From contig CAXXOA010000002.1 in NCBI GenBank assembly GCA_963666275.2, positions 1,056,001 to 1,120,000 on the forward strand: a DNA stretch of 64,000 nucleotides, written 5' to 3'. Each line of letters begins with the position of its first letter. The stretch's first letter is position 1. The translations under genes and the position numbers were made by a program. This document shows, piece by piece, positions 19,844-29,526 of the stretch. The DNA comes from Oceanispirochaeta sp. GTDB lineage: Bacteria; Spirochaetota; Spirochaetia; DSM-2461. The notes under the pieces are model-generated. The model was given only the letters and a program-made list of their open reading frames with translations. It ran no database searches and was not told where the DNA came from.

Positions 19844-19896
19844 AATTGGTCAACCAGTGAATCTCATTAATATAACTGGTTAACCAATTGTGTCAA
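19844..19896 (-). promoter_or_regulatory. Sigma70 promoter with two UxuR/ExuR-type operators
   Basis: Minus-strand TTGACA (19896-19891), 16 bp, TATATT (19874-19869). Palindromes AACTGGTTAACCAATT (19874-19889) and AATTGGTCAACCAGTG (19844-19859). Confidence 0.8.
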
Positions 19897-20006
19897 TGAT
19901 TATTTTCCCCCTTTGAGGGATTGTTCCGGAGAAACGCCAATTCCTCCGGGAAAACAGAAAATCCGGATACTCAAAATTCCTGTAGTTGTGATATACTTGC
20001 CCGGGT

Positions 20007-21920
20007 ATGCCACTACTTGAAATCTTTGGAAATATACTCATACCGGCCTTCACCGGAATTATACTCTTCATCTACTTTCTCTATTTTGCCTTTATTGAAG
20101 AGTCAAAAACCAACTCGATCCGGTACTTTACGGTTTTCCTGATCTCCTTCAGCTTTTTTCTTTTCGGAAGGCCTGTGCAGATCCTTTCGGGAGCGCATCC
20201 GGCTCCTGTGATCATTAACAATATCCGAACCTTCATTTTCAGTTCCCTTACCATTCCCATGGTAATCCTGGCAGATTTCTCCCGGCCGGCAAAAGACCGG
20301 AGGTTCCTGTTCCGCCCGCTTATGACGGCAGGGGTTCTGACCGGGGTGATCTACTCCTTCTTCAATACCATAACAACTACAGGGTCTGAGGTCATTTTCA
20401 GAATAGGCAATATCAATGTGTATGACTCGGTGACTCCCAGCAGAACCGGTCCCTTTTACGGGAGGGAAGTCACCATTGCGATCTATCTTGTACTGGCCAC
20501 CATCCTGTTTCTGGATTCCATTGCAAAAATCCAGCGGGCCAGAGGGTATGGCGCCAGAGGGGAGGTAAACCAGAAAAAGGTCTACCTGTATAACATAGGA
20601 AAAATGGTTTTCGCTTTTACATTCTTTTTCGGTGCTCTGGCTCACCAGTGGTGGATCTACTATGTGGGGGCTCTGATAAGCGTTTCATTCCTTGGCTCCG
20701 GTATCGCCCTGGAGATACGGGAAAACAGGGTAAGAATGCAGAAAGTCATTGCCTATATCAGGGAGGACCTGATTCAGGACCTTTCTCTGGATGTTCAGAT
20801 ACATAAGCAGGTTTCGGATATGCTGAAGCTGCTCCAGATTCCCGAAGAAATCAACACATTCATTGTCCTGAAGGAAAATCCCCAGAAAAAGGGAAAAGGA
20901 AGGGAGAAGCCCTGTCTCAGCGATTCGGTGATCAAGGAGACATCTCTCCTCCTCGATAGGATCCTGGGAAGCAATCACTACATTCTCATGCCCATGGGAA
21001 CGGACATGCTGGGAATCTGTCTTCCCGTAGAATCGGCGGCGGATATCTGCCGAAGCGAAACAATACGGGTCTGTGAGACGCTGAAGGGCGTAATGGATAT
21101 CTTCAGTGACTTTGATTTCGGTATAGGACGGTCCTACAAGGGGCTGGAAGACCTGAAAAGCTCCTACCACGAAGCCGTCACGGCAGTGGAGTATGCCGGC
21201 AGGATAGAAGGGGGGCAGGTTGTTCATATTACGGATATCCATGACGAAGAGCCCCGGAGAGAGTATCCCCTGAAAGAGAAAAACGCCTTCCTGGCTGCCA
21301 TTCGCATGGGAGACGGGGTCAAAGCCCAGGAGCAGCTCCAGGCCCTTATGTCTCTTCTCTTCAGCTATGGGAACGAAACGGACAAACTCCAGAAGGTAAG
21401 AACCTATGAGCTTCTGGGGACCATGGTGGAATCCGCCATTGCCGGAGGGGGGGATGTGGATGAACTCCTGGATCTCAGTGAGAAGCTCTTCTCCGAGCAG
21501 GTCATGATCCGCAGTACCTCCCAGCTGGCTGAGTGGCTGAAGCTGCGCACCGATGAGATCATTCAGATAGTCTCCCGTTCCTATTCCAACAGATCAAAGA
21601 ATCTGGTGATCAAAGCGAAAGAGTATATCAGCAGTCATTATGCCGAGGCCATTTCCGTCAGAGATGTGGCAGATGCGGTCTGCATAAGCGAATCCTATTT
21701 TAAATCCATCTTTAAAAAGAGCAGCGGATACTCCTATTCGGAATATCTGACTGTGGTCCGTATCGACCAGGCAAAGAATCTGCTCAACACAACAGAGAAA
21801 TCTGTGACAGAAATTGCCCTGGATGTGGGCTATCAGACCCCGAATTCCTTCAGTTCCCTCTTTAAAAGAGAGACGGGACTCACTCCTACCCAGTGGAAAA
21901 ATCTTCAGAAAAAAGTCTGA
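20007..21920 (+). CDS. Membrane-anchored AraC family regulator (about 7 TM + CdaR/GGDEF-like domain + AraC HTH)
   Basis: Hydrophobic N-terminal ~235 aa; FGIGRSY..LEDLKSSYHEA; C-terminal VTEIALDVGYQTPNSFSSLFK. Confidence 0.85.
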   Translation: MPLLEIFGNILIPAFTGIILFIYFLYFAFIEESKTNSIRYFTVFLISFSFFLFGRPVQILSGAHPAPVIINNIRTFIFSSLTIPMVILADFSRPAKDRRFLFRPLMTAGVLTGVIYSFFNTITTTGSEVIFRIGNINVYDSVTPSRTGPFYGREVTIAIYLVLATILFLDSIAKIQRARGYGARGEVNQKKVYLYNIGKMVFAFTFFFGALAHQWWIYYVGALISVSFLGSGIALEIRENRVRMQKVIAYIREDLIQDLSLDVQIHKQVSDMLKLLQIPEEINTFIVLKENPQKKGKGREKPCLSDSVIKETSLLLDRILGSNHYILMPMGTDMLGICLPVESAADICRSETIRVCETLKGVMDIFSDFDFGIGRSYKGLEDLKSSYHEAVTAVEYAGRIEGGQVVHITDIHDEEPRREYPLKEKNAFLAAIRMGDGVKAQEQLQALMSLLFSYGNETDKLQKVRTYELLGTMVESAIAGGGDVDELLDLSEKLFSEQVMIRSTSQLAEWLKLRTDEIIQIVSRSYSNRSKNLVIKAKEYISSHYAEAISVRDVADAVCISESYFKSIFKKSSGYSYSEYLTVVRIDQAKNLLNTTEKSVTEIALDVGYQTPNSFSSLFKRETGLTPTQWKNLQKKV

Positions 21921-21933
21921 AAAATCGCCAATT

Positions 21934-21982
21934 AATACAATTGGGCCGTTTTAAAATACAATCGAATAGCAGAAAAATACAA
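21934..21982 (+). promoter_or_regulatory. Three AATACAA direct repeats at exact 21-bp period, candidate AraC sites for the TRAP operon
   Basis: AATACAA at 21934, 21955 and 21976. Confidence 0.65.
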
Positions 21983-22096
21983 ATTCATTGTTTTTCAGGA
22001 TCTTCCATAGAGCGGGTTCGCAAAACCCGTCATAGCATTTAACAGCCAATTGATAATCCTTTATCGAAAGGCGTAATTAACAAACGGAGGATTCTT

Positions 22097-23122
22097 GTGA
22101 AAAAAAGAATTGTTTTGCTATCTATTGTTTTAATGATGGCCAGTACCCTGGTATGGTCCAATGGTCAGAGTGACAGCGGTTCCGCTTCTGACGGCGCTAA
22201 AAAGAGCTACACCTTTAAATTTGCCGAACTCAACCCCAAAGGTCATATTATGGAACAGGTTGATTCCAAATTTGCCGAACTGGTTTACGAAAAATCAGAC
22301 GGACGGATCAATATCGAAGTATTCCCCGCAGGTCAGCTGGGTGATGAGAAAACCATGTATCAGTCTCTTCAGATGGGCGGCGGCGCCATCGATATGTGTC
22401 GTGGAAACACCAACTCTCTGGGTGACTTCGGCGTCAAGAAACTGACCCTTTTCGGTCTTCCCTTTATTTTCCGCGACAGAGAACACCTCTGGAATGTTCT
22501 GAACAGTGAAATCGGTCAGGAATTCCTGAAAGAACCCCAGGAAATCGGAACCGGTATGGTTGGTCTTTTCTACCTGGACGAAGGTGCCCGTCATATTTTT
22601 ACAAAGCCCGGAATCGAAATCAACAGTGTTGAGGATCTGGAAGGTCTGAAACTCAGAGTTCCCACTACTCAGCTGATGTCCGAAACCTTCCAGGCTCTGG
22701 GTGTTCAGCCCACTCCCATCAGTTTCGGTGAGCTCTACTCCGCTCTTCAGGCCGGTACAGTTGACGGTGCTGAACAGCCCTACTCCGGTTACTTTTCCAA
22801 CAACTTCTTTGAAGTAGCTCCCAACTATACCCTGTCCGGTCATACCTACAGCCCCTCTATCGTTCTTATGAGCGAAGCGGTATTCAACAAACTGGATGAC
22901 GAAGACAAAGCTATCATCATGGAAGCTGCGAAAGAAGCGGAACAGTACAACCTGGCTTCTATCGAAAAACTGGACGGCGAACTGATTGAAAAAATCAGAG
23001 CTACCGGAGCCACTGTTAACGACGTTGCCGACAAAGCTGCCTATGTCGACCTGGCTAAACCTGTTGTTATGAAATACATCAAAGGCCTGGAAAGCGACTA
23101 CGAAGCAATCCTCGCAAAATAA
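22097..23122 (+). CDS. dctP: TRAP transporter substrate-binding protein
   Basis: FPAGQLG, LFGLPFIF, GLKLRVP (carboxylate-binding Arg), ELYSALQAGTVDGAE; signal peptide; GTG start. Confidence 0.93.
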   Translation: MKKRIVLLSIVLMMASTLVWSNGQSDSGSASDGAKKSYTFKFAELNPKGHIMEQVDSKFAELVYEKSDGRINIEVFPAGQLGDEKTMYQSLQMGGGAIDMCRGNTNSLGDFGVKKLTLFGLPFIFRDREHLWNVLNSEIGQEFLKEPQEIGTGMVGLFYLDEGARHIFTKPGIEINSVEDLEGLKLRVPTTQLMSETFQALGVQPTPISFGELYSALQAGTVDGAEQPYSGYFSNNFFEVAPNYTLSGHTYSPSIVLMSEAVFNKLDDEDKAIIMEAAKEAEQYNLASIEKLDGELIEKIRATGATVNDVADKAAYVDLAKPVVMKYIKGLESDYEAILAK

Positions 23123-23142
23123 GTTCTGACAGGATTCAGCTT

Positions 23143-23179
23143 ATAGGGGCCAGAGCAGTTTCGCTTTGGCCTTATTTTT
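23143..23179 (+). terminator. Intra-operon hairpin / partial terminator after dctP
   Basis: GGCCAGAGC-AGTTTC-GCTTTGGCC followed by TTATTTTT. Confidence 0.6.
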
Positions 23180-23190
23180 CAGGAGTTAAA

Positions 23191-23766
23191 ATGAAAACTG
23201 TTACCAAGTTTTTCGATATGGTTTACTGGGTTTTACTTACAATCTGTAAGATCGGATTTGTAGGGATGATTGTAATAACCACCAGTGTCATCATTAATCG
23301 CTATTTCATAAAATCCCCCATGACCTGGGGGGAACCGGTCGTGCTCATGTTCATGGTGTACATGTCTCTTATCAGTGCTGCCCTGGCGATCCGGAAAGAT
23401 ACCCATATCCGTATGCAGATCATCGACTATATGGTGCCCGCAAAAGTCATGCCCGCCATACGGGCTTTCGGTCAGATCCTCATGTTCGGTTTCGGACTGT
23501 TTCTGTTTATATACGGTTGTAAATTTTTAAAAATTGCCAACAGGAATATCATCACGGGGATGTCCATCAAATCCAGCTGGCTGTTCATGGCAGGGCCTGT
23601 TTCGGGAGCCGCCATCATGCTTATGGAAATAGAACGTTTTATCAACTTCTGGCACCGCGTTGCCACCGGACAGAAGCTTGAGATAACCCGATGTCAGGAA
23701 GAGGAAGCCGAAGCCCTTGTGGAAGATGCGGCAGAAATCATCCAACACTGCGAGGATAATGAATAA
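23191..23766 (+). CDS. dctQ: TRAP transporter small permease
   Basis: Four TM helices, RYF....WGE, HIRM motif; between dctP and dctM. Confidence 0.9.
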   Translation: MKTVTKFFDMVYWVLLTICKIGFVGMIVITTSVIINRYFIKSPMTWGEPVVLMFMVYMSLISAALAIRKDTHIRMQIIDYMVPAKVMPAIRAFGQILMFGFGLFLFIYGCKFLKIANRNIITGMSIKSSWLFMAGPVSGAAIMLMEIERFINFWHRVATGQKLEITRCQEEEAEALVEDAAEIIQHCEDNE

Positions 23767-25076
23767 TGGATCATAATACTATCGCCACCCTCATTCTGGT
23801 GGGCTCATTTTTCGTATTTCTGGTTCTGAGAGTTCCTATTGCCTTTGCAATCGGAGTCTCAAGTATCGTAACAACAATCTATCTGGGCCTTCCCATCATG
23901 CAGATAGCCCAGCTCATGATCAAGGGTGTAAATGTCTACACTCTGATGGCTGTCCCTTTCTTTATTATCGCCGGTGAACTTATGGGAGCCGGAGGGATTT
24001 CAAACCGCCTCATCAATCTCTCCAATGCCATTATCGGCTGGATGCGGGGCGGTCTGGCCACTGTGAACGTCATGGCTTCCATGTTTTTCGGAGGGATCTC
24101 CGGATCATCTACTGCCGACACCGCCTCTCTGGGTACGATTCTTATCCCCATGATGGCCAAAGAAGGGTACGACAAGGAGTTTGCCACAAACATTACCATG
24201 GCCAGTTCTGTTCAGGGACTGCTTATTCCTCCCAGTCACAATATGGTAATGTACGCCATGGTTGCCGGAGGAGTTTCTGTAGGACGTCTGTTCCTGGGAG
24301 GGATCATTCCGGGAGTATTCCTCGGTATAGCCCTTATGGTGTTCAGTTATATTGAAGCTGTCAAACACAAGTATCCCAAGGGAGATCCCTTCAATTTCAA
24401 GACCCTCTTTGTAACTCTGGCCGACTCTATCTGGGGTCTCATCACCGTTCTTATTGTGGTCGTCGGGGTTGTCAGCGGTGTGTTCACGGCAACCGAGTCC
24501 TCTGCTATTGCCGTTGTCTGGGCCATCCTTGTGGGTATCATCGTCTATAAGGAACTGACACCTGTTAAAATCTGGCATCTCATGGAACGGTCTCTGAATA
24601 CTCTGGCCATCGTTATGATTCTGATTTCCACGTCCCAGGTATTCGGATGGCTTCTGACCTATCTTCATATGCCCGAACTGGTTGCCAGCGGTATCCTCGG
24701 TCTGACGCAGAATAAAATCGTCATTATGATCATTCTCAATATTGTTATGCTGATTCTGGGAACCATTATGGACATGTCTGCCATTATTCTGGTCGCCACA
24801 CCCATTCTGCTGCCCATTGCCAGAACCATAGGAATGGATCCTGTACACTTCGGAGTGGTTATGATTCTCAACCTGGGTATCGGTCTGATTACCCCGCCTG
24901 TAGGAGGAACCCTTTTTGTAGGTTCTGCTGTTTCCGGCGTTCCTATAGAGAACCTGGTAAAGAAACTGCTTCCGTTCTTTATGATTATGATTGCGGTACT
25001 GCTTGTCATTACCTATGTACCGGAGATCGTAATGCTGCTTCCGGATAGACTGATGCCACTGGCTGTGGGCAACTGA
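23766..25076 (+). CDS. dctM: TRAP transporter large permease
   Basis: LMAVPFF, FGGISGSSTAD, LIPPS, FTATES, GLITPPVG. Confidence 0.95.
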   Translation: MDHNTIATLILVGSFFVFLVLRVPIAFAIGVSSIVTTIYLGLPIMQIAQLMIKGVNVYTLMAVPFFIIAGELMGAGGISNRLINLSNAIIGWMRGGLATVNVMASMFFGGISGSSTADTASLGTILIPMMAKEGYDKEFATNITMASSVQGLLIPPSHNMVMYAMVAGGVSVGRLFLGGIIPGVFLGIALMVFSYIEAVKHKYPKGDPFNFKTLFVTLADSIWGLITVLIVVVGVVSGVFTATESSAIAVVWAILVGIIVYKELTPVKIWHLMERSLNTLAIVMILISTSQVFGWLLTYLHMPELVASGILGLTQNKIVIMIILNIVMLILGTIMDMSAIILVATPILLPIARTIGMDPVHFGVVMILNLGIGLITPPVGGTLFVGSAVSGVPIENLVKKLLPFFMIMIAVLLVITYVPEIVMLLPDRLMPLAVGN

Positions 25077-25099
25077 AGCTGCGGATAAAGGTTGATATT

Positions 25100-25879
25100 A
25101 TGCAGAACAATTCCCCTGCCGCCGACGGCCTCTCATCCTTTCCTTCTGTGCCGGATCCCCCGGGTGCTGTTGTGATCTGCCCGGGCGGCGGGTATCAGAT
25201 GCTGGCCGACCGGGAAGCTGAACCTGTGGCTGCGGCATTTGCCGCCCGGGGCTGGCAGCCGTTCGTGCTCCGGTACCCTATAAAGGATGAGACCCGTCAG
25301 GATCCTCTTCTGAGAGAGCCTCTTGAAGCTCTGGCCCGGGCTGTCTCCCGGGTAAGGGAGGAAGGATTCCCTTTTGTGGCGGTCTGCGGATTTTCCGCCG
25401 GAGGCCATCTGTCGGCTTCTCTGGGAGTCCATTGGGCCGAGATGGATGAACGTCTGGCTTCTGAATCTTCCGATGGACAGGCACCCCCCTCCTGTCGTCC
25501 CGATGCCATGGTGCTCAGCTATCCGGTTATTTCCATGATCAATGATGTACATCAGGGATCCATGGAAAATCTTACGGGACAGGATCCGGCGCTGAGGGAG
25601 TATTTTTCTCTGGAACTGCAGGCCGGTCCGGAATCCTCACCGGCCTTCCTCTGGCATACCGCTGATGACAGGGAGGTCCCCGTGGAAAACTCTCTGGAAT
25701 TCTTCTCTTCTCTCAGAAGAGCAGGTGTTTTCAGTGAGCTTCATATTTTTCCCCGGGGTGTCCATGGGCTGTCTCTGGCGACACCGGAAGTCGATCAGCC
25801 CGAAAAGGGTCGTCTCTCCGACCCGCATGTAGCGCAGTGGTTCTCGCTGGCTCTCAGCTGGCTTGATCAGCTCCGGTAA
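25100..25879 (+). CDS. Cytoplasmic alpha/beta hydrolase (carbohydrate acetyl/feruloyl esterase-like)
   Basis: CPGGGY oxyanion motif, GFSAGG nucleophile, DDREVP Asp, GVHG His; no signal peptide. Confidence 0.85.
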   Translation: MQNNSPAADGLSSFPSVPDPPGAVVICPGGGYQMLADREAEPVAAAFAARGWQPFVLRYPIKDETRQDPLLREPLEALARAVSRVREEGFPFVAVCGFSAGGHLSASLGVHWAEMDERLASESSDGQAPPSCRPDAMVLSYPVISMINDVHQGSMENLTGQDPALREYFSLELQAGPESSPAFLWHTADDREVPVENSLEFFSSLRRAGVFSELHIFPRGVHGLSLATPEVDQPEKGRLSDPHVAQWFSLALSWLDQLR

Positions 25880-25916
25880 TATGGCAAACTAATTTCTTGA
25901 GTGATGGTAAAAAACA

Positions 25917-27044
25917 ATGAAAGATGAATTTGATACAACATTAGCTGACTCCCAGGGAACTGCGGTTGCGCCTCTGGCAGCGAAAGACTTTGATCTGGGT
26001 GCCTATGAAGACTATGAGGCCTCTCTGCTGGAGGGATGCCGGAAATTCTGGGATGCCGAAGAAGGGATCGCCGTATACAGGCGATTCCGGGTCCCCGAGG
26101 TTTTCTCCTGGGCCGCCCGGGACAAAAAACTGTCTCTGGAACTGCAGCTGGCAGGTTTGACAAAAAGCCGGGACTATATTTCAGATATCCCCAACTTTCT
26201 GGAGCCCTGGTACGGTATCGGTGTGGTCTCCAGTGCTTTCGGTGTGCCCTATATCTGGCACGACGGGCAGGCTCCGGCTGTAGAGGGACCCTTCCTTTCC
26301 GCACGGGACGCATTGGATCATAGGGTTTCTTCTGTGGGAGAGAGTCCCGAAGGGAAACGGGTTCTGGAGATGATCGAGTATTTCCTGGACCAGACAAAAG
26401 GCCGGGTTCCCCTGAGCCTGGGAGATACCCAGTCTCCCCTGAATATTGTCTCCTCCTATCTGATGGAGTCCTCAGCTTTCATGTTTGAGATCTTCGACCA
26501 TCCGGAGGATTTGAAAGAACTGGTTGATACGGTTGCCACTATGGAGCAGGATTTTCTGGAGGAACAGCGCAAACTGATCGGGGATGCTCTGGCGAAACCG
26601 GGCCATGGTTTTGCCTCCTCCCGGGCCTTCGGCGGCGTCGGGTTCAGCGATGACAATATCCTTATGTTCAGCGATGACGATTACAGCTCTCTTGGAATTT
26701 CCTCCATGAAGACAGCGGCCCGTTCTTTTGAAGGTCCTGTCTTCCACTCCTGCGGCAACTGGGCCGACAGGGCGGAGCTTGTTAAAACGATTCCCGGTCT
26801 CATTATGGCCGACGGAGCGGTGGGAAAGCAGACCGATCCCTCTCCCAATGATCCTGAAGTTCTCGGGAAAGCCTTTGCCGGTTCCGGTGTGGTCCTTCAT
26901 GTCAGGATCGTCGGTTCTTCCGATACCGTTCTGACCTATACGGAAAAACTGAAGCACCCCGGCCTGAAGTGTATTGTCACTACCTACTGTGAGACTCCGG
27001 AAGATCAGGAGAAAGCCTACAGGGGCATTCATAACCTGGTCTAG
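25917..27044 (+). CDS. Uroporphyrinogen decarboxylase (URO-D)/MtaA-fold protein
   Basis: DTQSPLNI, FSDD, VFHSCG (H-x-C) pattern typical of URO-D-fold methyltransferase-like proteins. Confidence 0.7.
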   Translation: MKDEFDTTLADSQGTAVAPLAAKDFDLGAYEDYEASLLEGCRKFWDAEEGIAVYRRFRVPEVFSWAARDKKLSLELQLAGLTKSRDYISDIPNFLEPWYGIGVVSSAFGVPYIWHDGQAPAVEGPFLSARDALDHRVSSVGESPEGKRVLEMIEYFLDQTKGRVPLSLGDTQSPLNIVSSYLMESSAFMFEIFDHPEDLKELVDTVATMEQDFLEEQRKLIGDALAKPGHGFASSRAFGGVGFSDDNILMFSDDDYSSLGISSMKTAARSFEGPVFHSCGNWADRAELVKTIPGLIMADGAVGKQTDPSPNDPEVLGKAFAGSGVVLHVRIVGSSDTVLTYTEKLKHPGLKCIVTTYCETPEDQEKAYRGIHNLV

Positions 27045-27102
27045 GCCCGGAGGGGATCAAAGGGTCCATGGCATTATTAAAGAAGAAAAGAGGAAAAGAA
27101 CA

Positions 27103-28152
27103 ATGAAATTTGATGTTACCTTTCACCCGTCCTGGTGGAATCAGAACCTTGGTATCCGGTTTACAGAGGATTTTTTCAATAACCCCGAATACAGAATCGC
27201 TTCGGATGTGAAGATGAGGCGCTGTCTCTTTGAAAAATTCGGCGAGTGGGGAATCGGAGAAGAAAATCCCGAACCCCGGCCTCTTCTGGGGAGTGATCTT
27301 ATCGCCAGCGGCTACCTCTATTCCAGCCTGCTGGGATGCGATATCAGATACAGCGAGGAGGCGCCTCCCGAAGTTATCTGCGCGGCTCTCTCCGAGGAGG
27401 AGGCAGGCCGTTTCAAAGCTCCTTCTCTGGAGGATTGTCCTGACTGGCAGATTGTGGAGGAGCAGATCCGCTGGCTGCAGAAAGAGTACGGATCCGTCCA
27501 TTCCGCCCTGAACCTTCAGGGAGTCCTGAACCTTGCCCTGGATCTCCGGGGTGACTCCATTTTTATAGATATGTACCAGGATGAAGAGAAGGCCAGAAAC
27601 CTTTTCGATCAGTGTTTTGATCTTTCCGTCCAGGTGGGAAAAAGGCTCTCTCAGGTCTCGACCACTCTCTCCGGCGGTGTGACAGCTATTACCAATGTTC
27701 TGGATTTTCCGGGACTCTATGTCCACTCCAACTGTTCCGTTGAGATGATTTCACTGGATAACTACAGGGATTTTCTGCTGGAGTACGATAAAAAGCTGTC
27801 CGGCCTGTTTCAGCCCTATGGAATCCACCACTGCGGTCAGTCCATGGAGCATGTGGCAGAAGGCTATGCTGAGGTTCCGGGAATGGTTTTTGCCGAAGTG
27901 GGGGCCGGTTCAAAGATTGCGGAAGTAAGGAAAATGCTTCCCGACTGCTGGCTGAATCTGCGGTATTCCCCTGTAAAACTCAGTGATGTTCCCGAGAGTG
28001 AACTCAGGACGGAACTGCAGCAGATGGTTCTGGACGGGGGAGGGGTCGCTTCACCGGTTTCTCTTTCCTGTGTGGGGATCGACAAGTCTGTTTCCGATGA
28101 GCAGGTCTCTTTGTTTCTCAGGATCATGAAAGAGATAGATCAGCAGGGATAG
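27103..28152 (+). CDS. Second URO-D/MtaA-fold protein
   Basis: QGVLNLALDLRGDSIFIDMY, NCSVEMIS, GIHHCG (H-x-C). Start at ATG 27103 after GAGG. Confidence 0.7.
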   Translation: MKFDVTFHPSWWNQNLGIRFTEDFFNNPEYRIASDVKMRRCLFEKFGEWGIGEENPEPRPLLGSDLIASGYLYSSLLGCDIRYSEEAPPEVICAALSEEEAGRFKAPSLEDCPDWQIVEEQIRWLQKEYGSVHSALNLQGVLNLALDLRGDSIFIDMYQDEEKARNLFDQCFDLSVQVGKRLSQVSTTLSGGVTAITNVLDFPGLYVHSNCSVEMISLDNYRDFLLEYDKKLSGLFQPYGIHHCGQSMEHVAEGYAEVPGMVFAEVGAGSKIAEVRKMLPDCWLNLRYSPVKLSDVPESELRTELQQMVLDGGGVASPVSLSCVGIDKSVSDEQVSLFLRIMKEIDQQG

Positions 28153-28197
28153 CCCGGGGATTCCCGGGCATAGCGGGGGGAGAGAGAGCCGCAGGAA

Positions 28198-29469
28198 CTA
28201 CCGGAATTTCTCCTCCAGCGCCCACAGCCCCAGTGAGGGGTTGGAGACATAAAAAATCTCCTCCCCGCCGGGCAGAATGTTCCAGCCTTCTTTCAGGGTT
28301 TCCGGTCTGTATCGGGACCGGTACTCCTCCAGGTCTCCATAGGCATATCCTATCTGCTCAATATCCTCCCGGCCCAGTCCTCCCGGACAGTAGGTGACCC
28401 TGAATCTATCGTCGGTTGACCCATGGATCAGATGGGCCGCCGCGCTGAGATTTTCTGCCAGTTCCGGATCTTCTTCCACCATCTTCAGTGTGTGATCAGT
28501 CCCTTTGTATCCGAATTTCCGGATAATTCTGTCTATCCTTTCGCTCTCGCCGAAACTGTGAACCTCCGGAGCGAGGATGATCAGCTCTCCCTGATCCGCC
28601 AGGGCCATACGGGTTCTGTAAATTCCCTTGTTGGCCAGCCATGTGCTTCTGAAGCCTTCCTCTTTCAGAGAGACGAGAATTTTTGAAGGGGCTCTGTCGA
28701 GGAGAGTTATATTCACCTGCCGGGAAAGCTCTGCCGCTTTTCTGTAGCACTCTTCATCGTCTCCGATGAAAATTCCCCTGGTAACAGGATTCCCGCTGCT
28801 GTCGGAAGTGATCACAGTCAGGACATAGAGAATAGGCAGGTTCCGGCAGAACTGATCCACTCCCCGGTTGAAAAGCTGCCGGACCGGCGTGTTGGTCCGC
28901 CCCATGATCCCTTCCATTCCGCAGACAGCTCCCAGGAAATGGCTTTTATCAATGGCTTCCTTTCCTCCGACACCGATGACAATGTTTTTGGAGTAGTTAG
29001 CCATCCCGGCAATCACATGGGGAACCACCTGACCTATGGAAAGGATAAGATCCCATGGTTCATCTACCATGGTTCTATTGATTTCCACAGGCCAGTCAAA
29101 GGAGAGTCTGCCCTGGGATATCTCTTCGATAAAGGCGGTATCGACACGGCCCAGCTCTATGAGCTCATCCTTCCAGTTGTGGTCCGTAATGAGGTGACCC
29201 GGTAGATCTCCGAACATCTTCTGTTTCTCTTTTTCCGACATGGGAGTGTGGGTTCCCAGGGCGGGAATGACTTTTTTTACCCTGCTGCCCAGTTTCTGCC
29301 AGGTCAGTTCTGTGATTTCCCCCGCCCGGGAGTGATGCCGGGTAAAATCCGGAGGTATTATAAGGGTGTTTTCCTTCTGAGGGATTCTGTCCAGAACTGA
29401 AAAAAGGATATCTCTGATATCCTGGTGGGAAAGGTCCGTTGTTTTGGAACCTACAGCAGCGTAGAGCAT
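28198..29469 (-). CDS. LarA (lactate racemase) superfamily nickel-pincer alpha-hydroxyacid epimerase, D-mannonate/gluconate 2-epimerase-like
   Basis: PDFTR, ALGTH, DHNW, VPH-x9-K (PHVIAGMANYSK), SHFLG, WLANK. Confidence 0.82.
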   Translation of the reverse strand: MLYAAVGSKTTDLSHQDIRDILFSVLDRIPQKENTLIIPPDFTRHHSRAGEITELTWQKLGSRVKKVIPALGTHTPMSEKEKQKMFGDLPGHLITDHNWKDELIELGRVDTAFIEEISQGRLSFDWPVEINRTMVDEPWDLILSIGQVVPHVIAGMANYSKNIVIGVGGKEAIDKSHFLGAVCGMEGIMGRTNTPVRQLFNRGVDQFCRNLPILYVLTVITSDSSGNPVTRGIFIGDDEECYRKAAELSRQVNITLLDRAPSKILVSLKEEGFRSTWLANKGIYRTRMALADQGELIILAPEVHSFGESERIDRIIRKFGYKGTDHTLKMVEEDPELAENLSAAAHLIHGSTDDRFRVTYCPGGLGREDIEQIGYAYGDLEEYRSRYRPETLKEGWNILPGGEEIFYVSNPSLGLWALEEKFR

Positions 29470-29526
29470 GAATATAATCCTTCTGTAATATCCCTACACC
29501 TTAGTTGTCCCTAAGGAATGTGTCAA

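Noticed and set aside
25917..28152. hemE (true uroporphyrinogen decarboxylase)
   Set aside because: No RQAGR motif; H-x-C motifs instead; no heme genes nearby.
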